DNA of 64,000 bases from Bacteroidia bacterium (GTDB taxonomy: Bacteria; Bacteroidota; Bacteroidia; Bacteroidales; VadinHA17): assembly GCA_026391215.1 (NCBI GenBank), contig JAPLDX010000056.1:32001-96000 (forward strand), written 5' to 3'. How positions within the stretch are numbered: the first letter of the stretch is position 1; every line of letters begins with the position of its first letter. A program made the position numbers and the translations under genes. The notes beneath the pieces were generated by a model, which ran no database searches, was not told the origin of the DNA, and worked only from the letters and a program-made list of their open reading frames with translations. This document shows, piece after piece, positions 1 to 9,537 of the stretch.

Positions 1-277
1 AATAATTTCACCTATAGATGGCATTGGTCCGTCGGACCTGAAGATTGACTCTCTTGAGGAAAAAGTAAAAGCCGGGGGAATAAAGGAAATAATACTCGCT
101 CTTAGCGCAACAATGGAAGGCGATACGACTAATTATTATCTTTACAGGAAACTATGCAATTATGATTCACTGATCACGACCCTGGCCCGGGGTGTTGCAG
201 TCGGAGATGAGCTTGAATATACTGATGAGATAACACTTGGAAGGGCAATAAATAACCGAAATCCCTATCAGCAATGA
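1..277 (+). CDS. recR: Recombination mediator RecR, C-terminal TOPRIM part (5' truncated by window)
   Basis: Not in ORF track. Frame 2 translated by hand: [13 protein letters not shown]...[15 protein letters not shown]...[24 protein letters not shown]..., TGA at 275-277 overlapping next ATG (ATGA). Confidence 0.95.
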   Translation, partial: IISPIDGIGPSDLKIDSLEEKVKAGGIKEIILALSATMEGDTTNYYLYRKLCNYDSLITTLARGVAVGDELEYTDEITLGRAINNRNPYQQ

Positions 278-1488
278 TGACATCCGTAAATAAATTTCTC
301 TCAAATTCAGGAAAGAGCATGAAACGCTCTGTCATAAGAGAAATCCTTAAAAACCTTCAAAATCCTGAAATGATCTCTTTTGCGGGTGGGCTTCCTGCTC
401 CTGAGACATTCCCTGTAGAGGAACTGAAGGAAATAACACTCGAGGTTCTGGAAAAAGATGGGGCAAGCGCACTGCAGTACGGGACTACTGAAGGTGATAC
501 GCTCCTCCGTAAAATGCTGGTCGAAAAGCACAAAAGAGACGGATTGGATTTAAGTATTGATAATATTATCATAACCACAGGATCGCAGCAAGCCCTGGAT
601 CTTATTGGAAGAATATTTGTTGACAGTGGTGATTATGTTCTATGCGGACTTCCTTCATACCTGGGCGGCCTGAATGCTTTTTCTGTATATGGGGCAATGC
701 TGAAAGGCATATCACTTGATGAGAAAGGCATGAAACCGGATGAACTTGAGAATACTATCATAAACCTGAAGGAGCTTGGCAAAAAGATCAAATTCTTATA
801 TATCATACCTGATTTTCAGAATCCTGCGGGGATCACAATTCCGGAAGAAAGAAGGGTGAAAATAATTGAAATAGCAGAAAAGTATGACATCCTGATAGTT
901 GAAGATAGCCCTTACCGTGATATACGTTTCAGCGGTGAGTCTCAGCCATTAATGTACAAGCTGGATAAAACAGGAAGAGTAATAACTTTATGTACCTTCT
1001 CTAAGATTTTTGCCCCGGGATTCAGGGTAGGATGGATAGTAGGACATCCTGAAATACTCGACAAAATAGTAATGGCAAAACAAACGGCCGACCTCTGCAC
1101 ATCTGCATTTGTTCAAAAGGTCATTGCCCGTTATCTTGAAAAAGGGTTGCTGGAAAAAAACCTCAGCAAGACAATTGCTCTTTACAGTGAAAGACGCAAT
1201 CACATGATAAAATGCTTCAGAAAATATATGCCCGCCGGTGTGTCATGGACAGAACCGGAAGGCGGTTTGTTCCTGTTCGTGACCCTGCCTCAGGGAATTG
1301 ATACTGAAAGAGTCTTCAAGAAGGCCATAGAGAAAAATGTTGCTTTTGTATCAGGATCAACATTTTTTTGCAATGATTCAGGGCATAATACCATGCGCAT
1401 GAACTTTTCATATTCTAAACCTGAAGTAATTGATGAAGGGATTAAACGTCTTGCATTGGTGATTGAAGAAGAAATAACCGGCAGATAA
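274..1488 (+). CDS. PLP-dependent aminotransferase, class I/II (LysN/ARO8-like, no HTH)
   Basis: [32 protein letters not shown] and [14 protein letters not shown] (PLP lysine) motifs. Confidence 0.92.
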   Translation: MMTSVNKFLSNSGKSMKRSVIREILKNLQNPEMISFAGGLPAPETFPVEELKEITLEVLEKDGASALQYGTTEGDTLLRKMLVEKHKRDGLDLSIDNIIITTGSQQALDLIGRIFVDSGDYVLCGLPSYLGGLNAFSVYGAMLKGISLDEKGMKPDELENTIINLKELGKKIKFLYIIPDFQNPAGITIPEERRVKIIEIAEKYDILIVEDSPYRDIRFSGESQPLMYKLDKTGRVITLCTFSKIFAPGFRVGWIVGHPEILDKIVMAKQTADLCTSAFVQKVIARYLEKGLLEKNLSKTIALYSERRNHMIKCFRKYMPAGVSWTEPEGGLFLFVTLPQGIDTERVFKKAIEKNVAFVSGSTFFCNDSGHNTMRMNFSYSKPEVIDEGIKRLALVIEEEITGR

Positions 1489-1493
1489 TATCC

Positions 1494-3137
1494 ATGGAAC
1501 TCTCAATCATCATTGTCAGCTACAATGTAAGGCATTTCCTTGAACAATGTCTTCTTTCAGTCCGGAAAGCATCAGAGAATATTGACTCTGAGATATTTGT
1601 CGTTGATAATAACTCAACAGACGGTTCATGCTCAATGGTAAGCAGCGAATTCCGTGAAGTAAGGCTGATAATGAACCATGAAAACAGAGGATTTGCCGCT
1701 GCAAATAACCAGGCATTAAAGATAGCAGCAGGCAGGTTTCTCCTGATCCTCAACCCTGATACCATAGTAGAAGGGGACACTTTCAGAAAATGCATCGATT
1801 TCATGGATAGCCACACGGATGCCGGGATTGTCGGAGTAAGGATGATAGATGGGAAAGGCCGATTCCTTCCTGAATCAAAAAGAGGAATACCCACACCTGA
1901 AACAGCTTTCTTCAAGTTAATGGGATTTTCAAAACTGTTCCCCAAATCGGAGCGGTTTAACAGGTACTATCTCGGGCATCTTGACAATACGAAAACATCG
2001 AAGGCTGATATAATTTCAGGCGCTTTTATGTTTCTCCGTCGGGAGGCATTCCTCAAAACAGGTCTGCTGGATGAAGAATTCTTTATGCATGGTGAAGATA
2101 TAGATTACTCCTACAGGGTTTTGCAGCAAGGATACTGTAATTATTATTTCCCCGGGACAAATATCCTGCATTACAAGGGAGAAAGTACGAAAAAGGAGGA
2201 TCTTAATGTCTTTATTGCCCTCCATAAGGCCATGATAATATTTGTCAAGAAGCACTTAAGCGACGGGAAATTTAAAAAATACATCTTCCCTATAAAGATT
2301 GCAATAATATTAAGGGCAGGATTATCATTATTAAGAAGATTCATGAGAAGGGCTTTCCTCCCTATCTCGGATGTCATCCTGATCTACCTTTTTTACCGGA
2401 TTATAGCCTCATTCTGGGGAACATATAAATTCGGAGCAGGATATATTTTCCCTGCTATACTCCCGGAAATTATTGTACCAGCTTATACAATTATCATTCT
2501 CCTTTCAATCGCATTATTATCAGGGTACAAAATTCCGTCCAAGACAGAAAATGCAGCAACGGGAATACTGACAGGAACTATGCTAATTCTTGTCATCTAT
2601 GCCCTCCTCCCTTTAAGCCTGATGTTCTCAAGGGCAATAATCATTTTTGGAGGACTGGCTTCACTTCTTATTATACCTTTATGGAGACTGCTTACTTCAC
2701 TTATCTTTCCTGGCATTGCCGATAATCCATTTTCAAAAGCCAGAAGAACTATTGTTGTCGCCGAAAGTGAAGAATATTCAAGGGTAATGAATCTGCTCTC
2801 ATCAACAGGAATCAAAAACAAAATTGCCGGAAGAGTCAGCCTTGATAATGATGATATGAAGGAGGAAGTGCTGGGGTATGTTGAACAACTGCGAGAAGTA
2901 ATAAGGATCAACAAGATCAAGGAAGTGATATTCACTACGAACAAAATGACTGCAGCTCAGATAATTGATTCCATGCATCTTATATCAGATCTTAATGTTA
3001 CTATCCGTATCGCCTCAGTAGGTGAAAAATACATTTTCGGGAGCAGGTACGTTAATCCTGAAAATGATCTGATCTCATTAAGCCGTCCGGTCCTTAGAAA
3101 AAGAATATGGACCTGGTTCAGGAATCTGTATAAATAA
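1494..3137 (+). CDS. Glycosyltransferase family 2 with membrane segments and C-terminal Rossmann-like domain
   Basis: LSIIIVSYN, VVDNNSTDGS, NRGFAAANN, LNPDT, FFMHGEDID; several hydrophobic helices in the C-terminal half. Confidence 0.9.
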   Translation: MELSIIIVSYNVRHFLEQCLLSVRKASENIDSEIFVVDNNSTDGSCSMVSSEFREVRLIMNHENRGFAAANNQALKIAAGRFLLILNPDTIVEGDTFRKCIDFMDSHTDAGIVGVRMIDGKGRFLPESKRGIPTPETAFFKLMGFSKLFPKSERFNRYYLGHLDNTKTSKADIISGAFMFLRREAFLKTGLLDEEFFMHGEDIDYSYRVLQQGYCNYYFPGTNILHYKGESTKKEDLNVFIALHKAMIIFVKKHLSDGKFKKYIFPIKIAIILRAGLSLLRRFMRRAFLPISDVILIYLFYRIIASFWGTYKFGAGYIFPAILPEIIVPAYTIIILLSIALLSGYKIPSKTENAATGILTGTMLILVIYALLPLSLMFSRAIIIFGGLASLLIIPLWRLLTSLIFPGIADNPFSKARRTIVVAESEEYSRVMNLLSSTGIKNKIAGRVSLDNDDMKEEVLGYVEQLREVIRINKIKEVIFTTNKMTAAQIIDSMHLISDLNVTIRIASVGEKYIFGSRYVNPENDLISLSRPVLRKRIWTWFRNLYK

Positions 3138-3165
3138 TTGATTCAGATTCCTTCCGACAATTCAT

Positions 3166-3173
3166 TATCTTTG
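3166..3173 (+). promoter_or_regulatory. Bacteroidota sigma-70 -7 element (TATCTTTG)
   Basis: Exact TAnnTTTG match in an intergenic region. Confidence 0.5.
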
Positions 3174-3202
3174 CCCGGTTTAGAAGAATCCTTTTACAAC
3201 TT

Positions 3203-3235
3203 AAAAAAGGACAATAACAATTTGTCCTTTTTTTT
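3203..3235. terminator. Bidirectional-type intrinsic terminator
   Basis: AAAAAAGGACAA-taacaat-TTGTCCTTTTTTTT hairpin with A and T tracts. Confidence 0.75.
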
Positions 3236-3359
3236 AATATTTCTGCTATATTAGCATCGTTAATTATTGAAGTATAAAGACATAAAACCTCCTTCCGGCA
3301 TTTTGCAGGAATGTGAACGTGAAGAAGTGAGGTAGTCATATGATTTATATCTGCATAAA

Positions 3360-6218
3360 ATGATCAAAAGGCTGATTCTGTTAACATTGCTTCTAACTTT
3401 GGCTTCTAACAACTTTTTGTTTCCCCAGGCGAAAGGCGAAATAAAAATAATGTATTATGAAGCCGAAAGCTATATCCTTTTTGAAGATTATAAAGAAGCT
3501 TTACCGTTTTATCAGTCACTTCTGAAATTCTTTCCGACCAATGCAAGTTATAAATACCGGCTCGGACAGTGCTATTTAAACGTACCAGGGGAAAAAGATA
3601 AAGCAATAGGTTTTCTTGAAGATGCAGTAAAGAACATCAATCCGGATTACAAGCAAGGAAAACTCAAGGAAACAGGCGCACCATATGATGCCCTGTATTA
3701 CCTGGCCAATGCATACAGAATTAATAATCAGCTCGATAAGGCTATTGAAACTTACAAGCTTTTCAAAGAGAATCTTGATACCAAAATTTACAATCCGGAT
3801 ATTGTTGACGAACAGATTCAGTCTTGCCTCAATGCTAAAGAGCTGATGAGCATGCCTCTTTTTTTAAAGGAACAAAATCTTGGCAGCAATATAAACGGAG
3901 ACAACTCTGAATTCAATCCCGTTATCTCCGATGATGAGAGAATAATAGTATATTCAAAAAGCGAGGCATTTTACGATGCCGTACTCTATTCTACAAGAAG
4001 TAACGGAGAATGGAGCGGGCCGATAAATCTTAATGAAGCGCTTTCAGTTGATCAGGATCTCTATCCTACTTCCATATCAGCAGATGGCAAGACACTTTAC
4101 CTTTACAGTTCAGAGGGTTATGACGGTATAATATACTCATCATCTTACGAAAATGGAGCCTGGAGCACGCTGACAAAGTTAAATGACAATATCAACACGA
4201 AGTACTGGGAGTCGCATGCAACAATTTCACACGATAATAAAAAGCTCTATTTCACCAGTAACCGGAAAAGTTCACTTGGAGAACTTGATATTTATGTTTC
4301 ATTCAGGGATAGTACAGGAGACTGGGGCCCTGCGGTTAACCTGGGACCTGTGATAAATACCCGGTATCATGAGGAGACTCCCTTCCTCAGCAATGATGAT
4401 AAAACCCTGTATTTCAGTTCCAGGGGCCATTTCAATATGGGAGGATATGACATTTTCTATTCAACACTGCTTGAAAACGGGGAATGGTCGGTACCTCTGA
4501 ATTTAGGTTATCCGCTTAATTCAACCGATGACGATGTTTTCTTCAATCCAATAAATGAAGGTTATGAAGGCTATACTGCCAAATACTCTCCTGATGGCTT
4601 CGGTCACCAGGATATTTACAGGATGGAGATATTCTCTGACGAACATCCGAGAAAATTCACTGTCAGAGGGGTCGTCACGATCGCGGACCTTCTTCACAAT
4701 ATGAATGACAGGATTAAAATAACCGCCCTGAACACAAAAAAAACCGATCAGGTTGTTATTGTCTATTCAAATCCGGAAACTGGCGAATATGAATTACAGC
4801 TTCCCCATGGCAACTATGATTTAACCTATGAGGGTCCGTATGGCACTAAAGTCCAGAAAAATATTGATCTGGCACTGACTCATCCGTCCGACAGCTTTTT
4901 GCTCCCCGGGACAATATTGCCGAGAACAGATTTCATAGCGGATCTGTCTGTTGAAAGTGAAAATGTTATTTCTGTAGCTAAGGGAGATACTATCACATTC
5001 CCTGTGAAAGCTGAACCGGGTTCAATGCTTGTTGTGGAACATTGGGCAGGTGATTCCCTGCTTTACACTGAACAGTTTCCAATGACCGATTCGGCTTTTT
5101 ACTATAAAATGGTACCGCAGCCCGGGGAAAACAAGGTTACCTTTAAAGTTACAGACAGGTTCAGTAATACTACAACCGCTGATGTTCTCATAACCAGAAA
5201 ACCGGATGAGCCCATGCAGCAGGTTATACGTCCCGAGTATAACAGGGTCATTTCTGAAAAGCAGATTGCCGCGCTGACGGAAGTGCAGATGAATCGTGCC
5301 GGGGATAAGCTGAGAGAGATTATTGCAGGATCCGAAATTCATAAGAACCAGTTCGGTAAAATTGATGACCAGATCTCATACATCAAGGCGGAAGCAATAA
5401 AGAAAGGCATCAGTGCTGAAGAGGTAGACCGGCTTGCTCTGGAAGTAGCCTTAAAGGATAATATACTTTCACAGGCTGCAGTTGATTACCTGGCTGCAAA
5501 TACAGACGGTGAGCTGAAAAAGATCCTGAGTGAAATTGATATTTATGATCTGAATTTGAAGACCTGGAATGATCTGCAGAAATATATTGCAGAAAAAACC
5601 AGCGGAAAAATAAGCCCCGATACTCTTGATAAAATTGTAGCTGCTGTTCTTGCCGGACCAGATGTCACAATTTCATCCGGGAAAGATAAAATACTGGCGC
5701 TTAGCGAGAGTTCTGAGTACGGTGAAATATTTAGACAGGCTGTCGCAGCCACCGGGGAAAAAGGCATCAGGGACGGAGGAAAATGGATGCAATCTGTTTA
5801 TAATGAATCCATTAAACTGGGATTGACAGATAAGGAATTTGCAAAGATGATTGCATTAATAAGCTCCCTGCCGGGTACTGATGCTGAACAATTCCGCAGG
5901 GATCTTGCAGCTAATGCTGAAGAGCCTTTCCTGTCCTGGTTGAATTCCCTGGATCTGGAAAAAGAGGGAATAAAGACACCTGAGGATCTCATTTTGTTCA
6001 TCCTGAAGAATAAAAATAAGGTTGTCCCTGAAGAATTAATCTTCCGAGCCCTGGTAAATCTGATAGATCAGAAGGATATCCCCGCTGAAACAATTAAATC
6101 AGGCATTGAAGCTGAAAAAGAATGCAAATGGTGGATATTGTGGCTGATCCTTGGCGCTGGTGCTGCTTTCTTCCTAATCTGGTACTGGAGACGGAGAAAA
6201 GAAAGGAAGAGTGACTGA
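3360..6218 (+). CDS. TPR + PD40 beta-propeller protein with beta-sandwich, helical region and C-terminal membrane anchor
   Basis: Signal peptide; TPR (YRLGQCYL, YYLANAY); PD40 repeats (LYFTSNR..LDIYV, NLGPVINT, LYFSSRGH..GGYDIF); ends WWILWLILGAGAAFFLIWYWRRRKERKSD. Confidence 0.85.
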   Translation: MIKRLILLTLLLTLASNNFLFPQAKGEIKIMYYEAESYILFEDYKEALPFYQSLLKFFPTNASYKYRLGQCYLNVPGEKDKAIGFLEDAVKNINPDYKQGKLKETGAPYDALYYLANAYRINNQLDKAIETYKLFKENLDTKIYNPDIVDEQIQSCLNAKELMSMPLFLKEQNLGSNINGDNSEFNPVISDDERIIVYSKSEAFYDAVLYSTRSNGEWSGPINLNEALSVDQDLYPTSISADGKTLYLYSSEGYDGIIYSSSYENGAWSTLTKLNDNINTKYWESHATISHDNKKLYFTSNRKSSLGELDIYVSFRDSTGDWGPAVNLGPVINTRYHEETPFLSNDDKTLYFSSRGHFNMGGYDIFYSTLLENGEWSVPLNLGYPLNSTDDDVFFNPINEGYEGYTAKYSPDGFGHQDIYRMEIFSDEHPRKFTVRGVVTIADLLHNMNDRIKITALNTKKTDQVVIVYSNPETGEYELQLPHGNYDLTYEGPYGTKVQKNIDLALTHPSDSFLLPGTILPRTDFIADLSVESENVISVAKGDTITFPVKAEPGSMLVVEHWAGDSLLYTEQFPMTDSAFYYKMVPQPGENKVTFKVTDRFSNTTTADVLITRKPDEPMQQVIRPEYNRVISEKQIAALTEVQMNRAGDKLREIIAGSEIHKNQFGKIDDQISYIKAEAIKKGISAEEVDRLALEVALKDNILSQAAVDYLAANTDGELKKILSEIDIYDLNLKTWNDLQKYIAEKTSGKISPDTLDKIVAAVLAGPDVTISSGKDKILALSESSEYGEIFRQAVAATGEKGIRDGGKWMQSVYNESIKLGLTDKEFAKMIALISSLPGTDAEQFRRDLAANAEEPFLSWLNSLDLEKEGIKTPEDLILFILKNKNKVVPEELIFRALVNLIDQKDIPAETIKSGIEAEKECKWWILWLILGAGAAFFLIWYWRRRKERKSD

Positions 6219-6269
6219 TCTTTTTATCTTCCCGAATTTTTTATAAATTTGTTGGCAAAACCAATAGTC

Positions 6270-7544
6270 ATGGGCAAAAGGATTGTCACTCTCCTGGCTG
6301 CAATTGTTTTTGCATTTTCTCTTTACGCACAGGAACTCAAAACTTTCCAAAAATCTTTTATTGAAGCTGAGTATTTTTTTATACAGGAAGATTATTCCGA
6401 TGCACTCTCATATTACCTGCAGCTTTATGAAAAGATGCCGCAAAATGCAAATATTGCATACCGCATAGGCATATGTTACCTGAATATTCCAGGGGAAAAA
6501 AACCTTTCAATTGACTATCTTGAGGCTGCAGCGAAAAATATGTCAGCAAAGCACAGAGAGGGGACAATCAAGCAAAAAGCTGCACCATTTGATGCATTAT
6601 ATGACCTGGCTTCAGCTTACAAGATCAACTATCAGTTTGATAAAGCAAAAGAAATTTTTACAAGGTATCTGGGTACTCTGCTTCCTGACGACCGGGAAAA
6701 CATTGATTTTGTAAACTCCCAGATCAAATCATGCGATATGGCAAAAGAGATTATTGCCAGTCCTGTAATCTATACCGAGGAGAACATGGGGGAAAATTTC
6801 AATGACGATAAATCAAATTTCAATCCTGTAATTTCTGCTGACGGAAAGTCATTCGCCTTTATGGTATCAATGAAGTTCTATGATGCAATTATGCTGTCAA
6901 AATCTGAAAATGGCAGATGGAGCATCCCCGTAAATATTACACCTGAGCTTCAGTCTGACGGTGATATGTATATCTCCTGCCTTTCTCCTAACGGAAAAAC
7001 TTTATTTCTTTCAAAGGATGATAATTTCAACAGCGACATATACACCTGTACATTTGATGGAGTCAGGTGGGGAGTGAGTGTAAGACTAAATAAAAACATA
7101 AATACAAGGTACTGGGAATCACATGGTTTTGTTTCAGAAGACGGGGAACAGCTGATCTTTGCTTCTGATCGTCCCGGTGGATTCGGGGGGCTTGACCTTT
7201 ATATTTCGAAAAAAGTAAATGGTGACTGGGGGCCGCCCGTTAATCTTGGTCCTCAAATCAATACACCATTCAATGAGGACCGCCCTTTTCTCATCAATAA
7301 GGGGAACACACTTTTCTTCAGCTCCCAGGGTCACAGGAATATTGGAGGATATGATCTTTTCAGGTCTGATCTTCAGTCAGATGACCTCTGGAGCATTCCT
7401 GAAAATCTTGGGTACCCTTTCAACACACCCGACGACAATATATTCTTCATGCCTGTCGGGAATGGTAAATCAGGCTATTATTCAGTTTATAAGGAATCAG
7501 AAGGTATGGGGAAAGAGGATATCTACATAGTCACTTTTCAATAA
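6270..7544 (+). CDS. TPR + PD40 beta-propeller protein (no C-terminal extension)
   Basis: Start moved to ATG 6270 (signal peptide MGKR...LYA-Q); FASDRPGGFGGLDLY, NLGPQINT, FSSQGHRNIGGYDLF. Confidence 0.87.
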   Translation: MGKRIVTLLAAIVFAFSLYAQELKTFQKSFIEAEYFFIQEDYSDALSYYLQLYEKMPQNANIAYRIGICYLNIPGEKNLSIDYLEAAAKNMSAKHREGTIKQKAAPFDALYDLASAYKINYQFDKAKEIFTRYLGTLLPDDRENIDFVNSQIKSCDMAKEIIASPVIYTEENMGENFNDDKSNFNPVISADGKSFAFMVSMKFYDAIMLSKSENGRWSIPVNITPELQSDGDMYISCLSPNGKTLFLSKDDNFNSDIYTCTFDGVRWGVSVRLNKNINTRYWESHGFVSEDGEQLIFASDRPGGFGGLDLYISKKVNGDWGPPVNLGPQINTPFNEDRPFLINKGNTLFFSSQGHRNIGGYDLFRSDLQSDDLWSIPENLGYPFNTPDDNIFFMPVGNGKSGYYSVYKESEGMGKEDIYIVTFQ

Positions 7545-7583
7545 ATAAGCTGGAATGCCTGTTTATTCATTCTTAAAATGTTA

Positions 7584-7591
7584 TATATTTG
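7584..7591 (+). promoter_or_regulatory. Bacteroidota -7 promoter element (TATATTTG) inside the PD40 cluster
   Basis: Exact TAnnTTTG match just upstream of ATG 7597. Confidence 0.4.
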
Positions 7592-7596
7592 TTATA

Positions 7597-9537
7597 ATGT
7601 ATAATTTCAGAGTTAAAACATACCGCCTTACGACCCAGCTGTTGACTCTGGTTATTTTTTCCGTTGCTGCTTCGGCTCAGTCGACAAAGGAGATGAAAGA
7701 GATTTTTGCCCAAGCTGAATCATATTACCTTTATGAAGAATATGAACTTGCGAATCAGCTGTATATTCTGTTGGAAAATCCTGAAAATCTTAATATTACT
7801 TATAAAATTGGTACATGCTACCTTAGTATCCCTGACGAAAAGGAGAAGGCGATACCATACCTTGAGGCAGCAGTGAAGAATGCAACATATGATGCAAAAT
7901 CCGGATCATTCAAAGAAAAGAGGGCTCCCCTTGATACATATTTCTTCCTGGCTAAAGCCTATCTTATCAATAATGAGCTGGAAAAGGGACTTAATACCCT
8001 TCAAAACTTCAGAAGCCTGGCAAAAGAGACTGAAGGAAAAGGGGGTATGGAAAACCTGGATTTTGTTGATCAGCAGATACAGGCATGCAAGATTGCCATG
8101 GGTTTTAAGGAAAACCCTGTAGCAATAAGCAAGAAAACCCTTGGGACTGATTTCAGCCAGGGATCAATGAATGAAAATCCTGCTGTCAGCTTCGATGGTA
8201 ATACAATAGTCTATACGGAACGCAGGGGACTGGTAAATGTCATACTGTTCTCAAAGAAGATTCGGGGCATCTGGCAGACTCCTTTTGAGATCACAGATCA
8301 GCTCAATGCAAGTGAAGATTGTTCTTCCTGCTCCCTTAATATGGACGGGACAGAACTTTACTTATACAAGAATGATAATTTTGATGGCAATATCTATACT
8401 TCAAAATATATAAATGATCAGTGGACTCCTATTGTAAAACTGAATAAGAACATCAACACAAAATTCTATGAATCCCATGCCTCGGTTTCTGCTGATGGAA
8501 GCAAACTTTACTTTACCAGTAACAGGGAAGGAGGTAAGGGAGGACTGGACATATATGTCTCGGAAAGAGATGCCTCAGGGGACTGGGGTCTGCCTGTCAA
8601 CCTGGGCCCAACAGTAAACACAGTTTACAATGAGGATACTCCATTCATAATCCAGGATGATTCCGTTCTCTATTTTTGTTCAGAAGGGCATAATTCAATG
8701 GGTGGATATGATAATTTCAAGAGCAGGAAGATCGGTACAGAATGGGAAAAACCACAGAACCTTGGATACCCTGTTAATACAACAGACGACAATAAGTTTT
8801 TCCAGCCTTCCAACAATGGGATGAACGCATTCTATTCAATGAAGACAGATTACAAAAAGAGAGAGATCTTTTACCTCGGAATAGGTGGACCTGATGTTAA
8901 CCAGATATATGAAATAACCGGGAAGGTCATCCTGAATGATACGGTTATGGCTGCAGACAAAAACTATAATATTCATATCCTCAACAGAATACCAGGAGAT
9001 ACTCTTTATAAAACATCCCCCAATAAAAACACCGGGTCATACAGGATAAATGTTGCACCAGGTGATTTTAAAGTTGTTTATTCAGGCGACGGGTATTTTT
9101 CAACATCAATTGATACAACTATTGTACGTGATAATCCGGAACTTGTTGTTAATATCGATGTTACACTGATAAGAGATTCCTCTCTGATCGAGCCGGTCAT
9201 TTATGAAAAAATCAATCTTAACGAAATACCTGTAGTAGCTGCAATTGACTCCAGCATCCTTATAAAGAACATGCATGTGAATGACGTAGGCGATACAGGT
9301 ATTAAGGATTCAGATATATTGTATTATACTGTACAGGTGATGGCTCTGTATAAGCCTATGGATGTCAGCTATTTTAAACGTATTTCTGACATGAAGGTGA
9401 TGTACAATGAAGCCGACAGGTTCTACAGATACACAACAGGTAACTTTGCAACCCGCGAAGAAGCAGCTGCATGGAGACTGGAACTGATAAGGAAGGGATA
9501 TCCAAACGAGATCTTTATCAAAAAAGTATCAAAATAA
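7597..9537 (+). CDS. TPR + PD40 + beta-sandwich + SPOR-like domain protein
   Basis: Start uncertain (7555 or 7597). Signal peptide ending ASA-Q; PD40 repeats; C-terminal YYTVQV...YRYTTGNF.TREEA...GY SPOR-like motif. Confidence 0.83.
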   Translation: MYNFRVKTYRLTTQLLTLVIFSVAASAQSTKEMKEIFAQAESYYLYEEYELANQLYILLENPENLNITYKIGTCYLSIPDEKEKAIPYLEAAVKNATYDAKSGSFKEKRAPLDTYFFLAKAYLINNELEKGLNTLQNFRSLAKETEGKGGMENLDFVDQQIQACKIAMGFKENPVAISKKTLGTDFSQGSMNENPAVSFDGNTIVYTERRGLVNVILFSKKIRGIWQTPFEITDQLNASEDCSSCSLNMDGTELYLYKNDNFDGNIYTSKYINDQWTPIVKLNKNINTKFYESHASVSADGSKLYFTSNREGGKGGLDIYVSERDASGDWGLPVNLGPTVNTVYNEDTPFIIQDDSVLYFCSEGHNSMGGYDNFKSRKIGTEWEKPQNLGYPVNTTDDNKFFQPSNNGMNAFYSMKTDYKKREIFYLGIGGPDVNQIYEITGKVILNDTVMAADKNYNIHILNRIPGDTLYKTSPNKNTGSYRINVAPGDFKVVYSGDGYFSTSIDTTIVRDNPELVVNIDVTLIRDSSLIEPVIYEKINLNEIPVVAAIDSSILIKNMHVNDVGDTGIKDSDILYYTVQVMALYKPMDVSYFKRISDMKVMYNEADRFYRYTTGNFATREEAAAWRLELIRKGYPNEIFIKKVSK

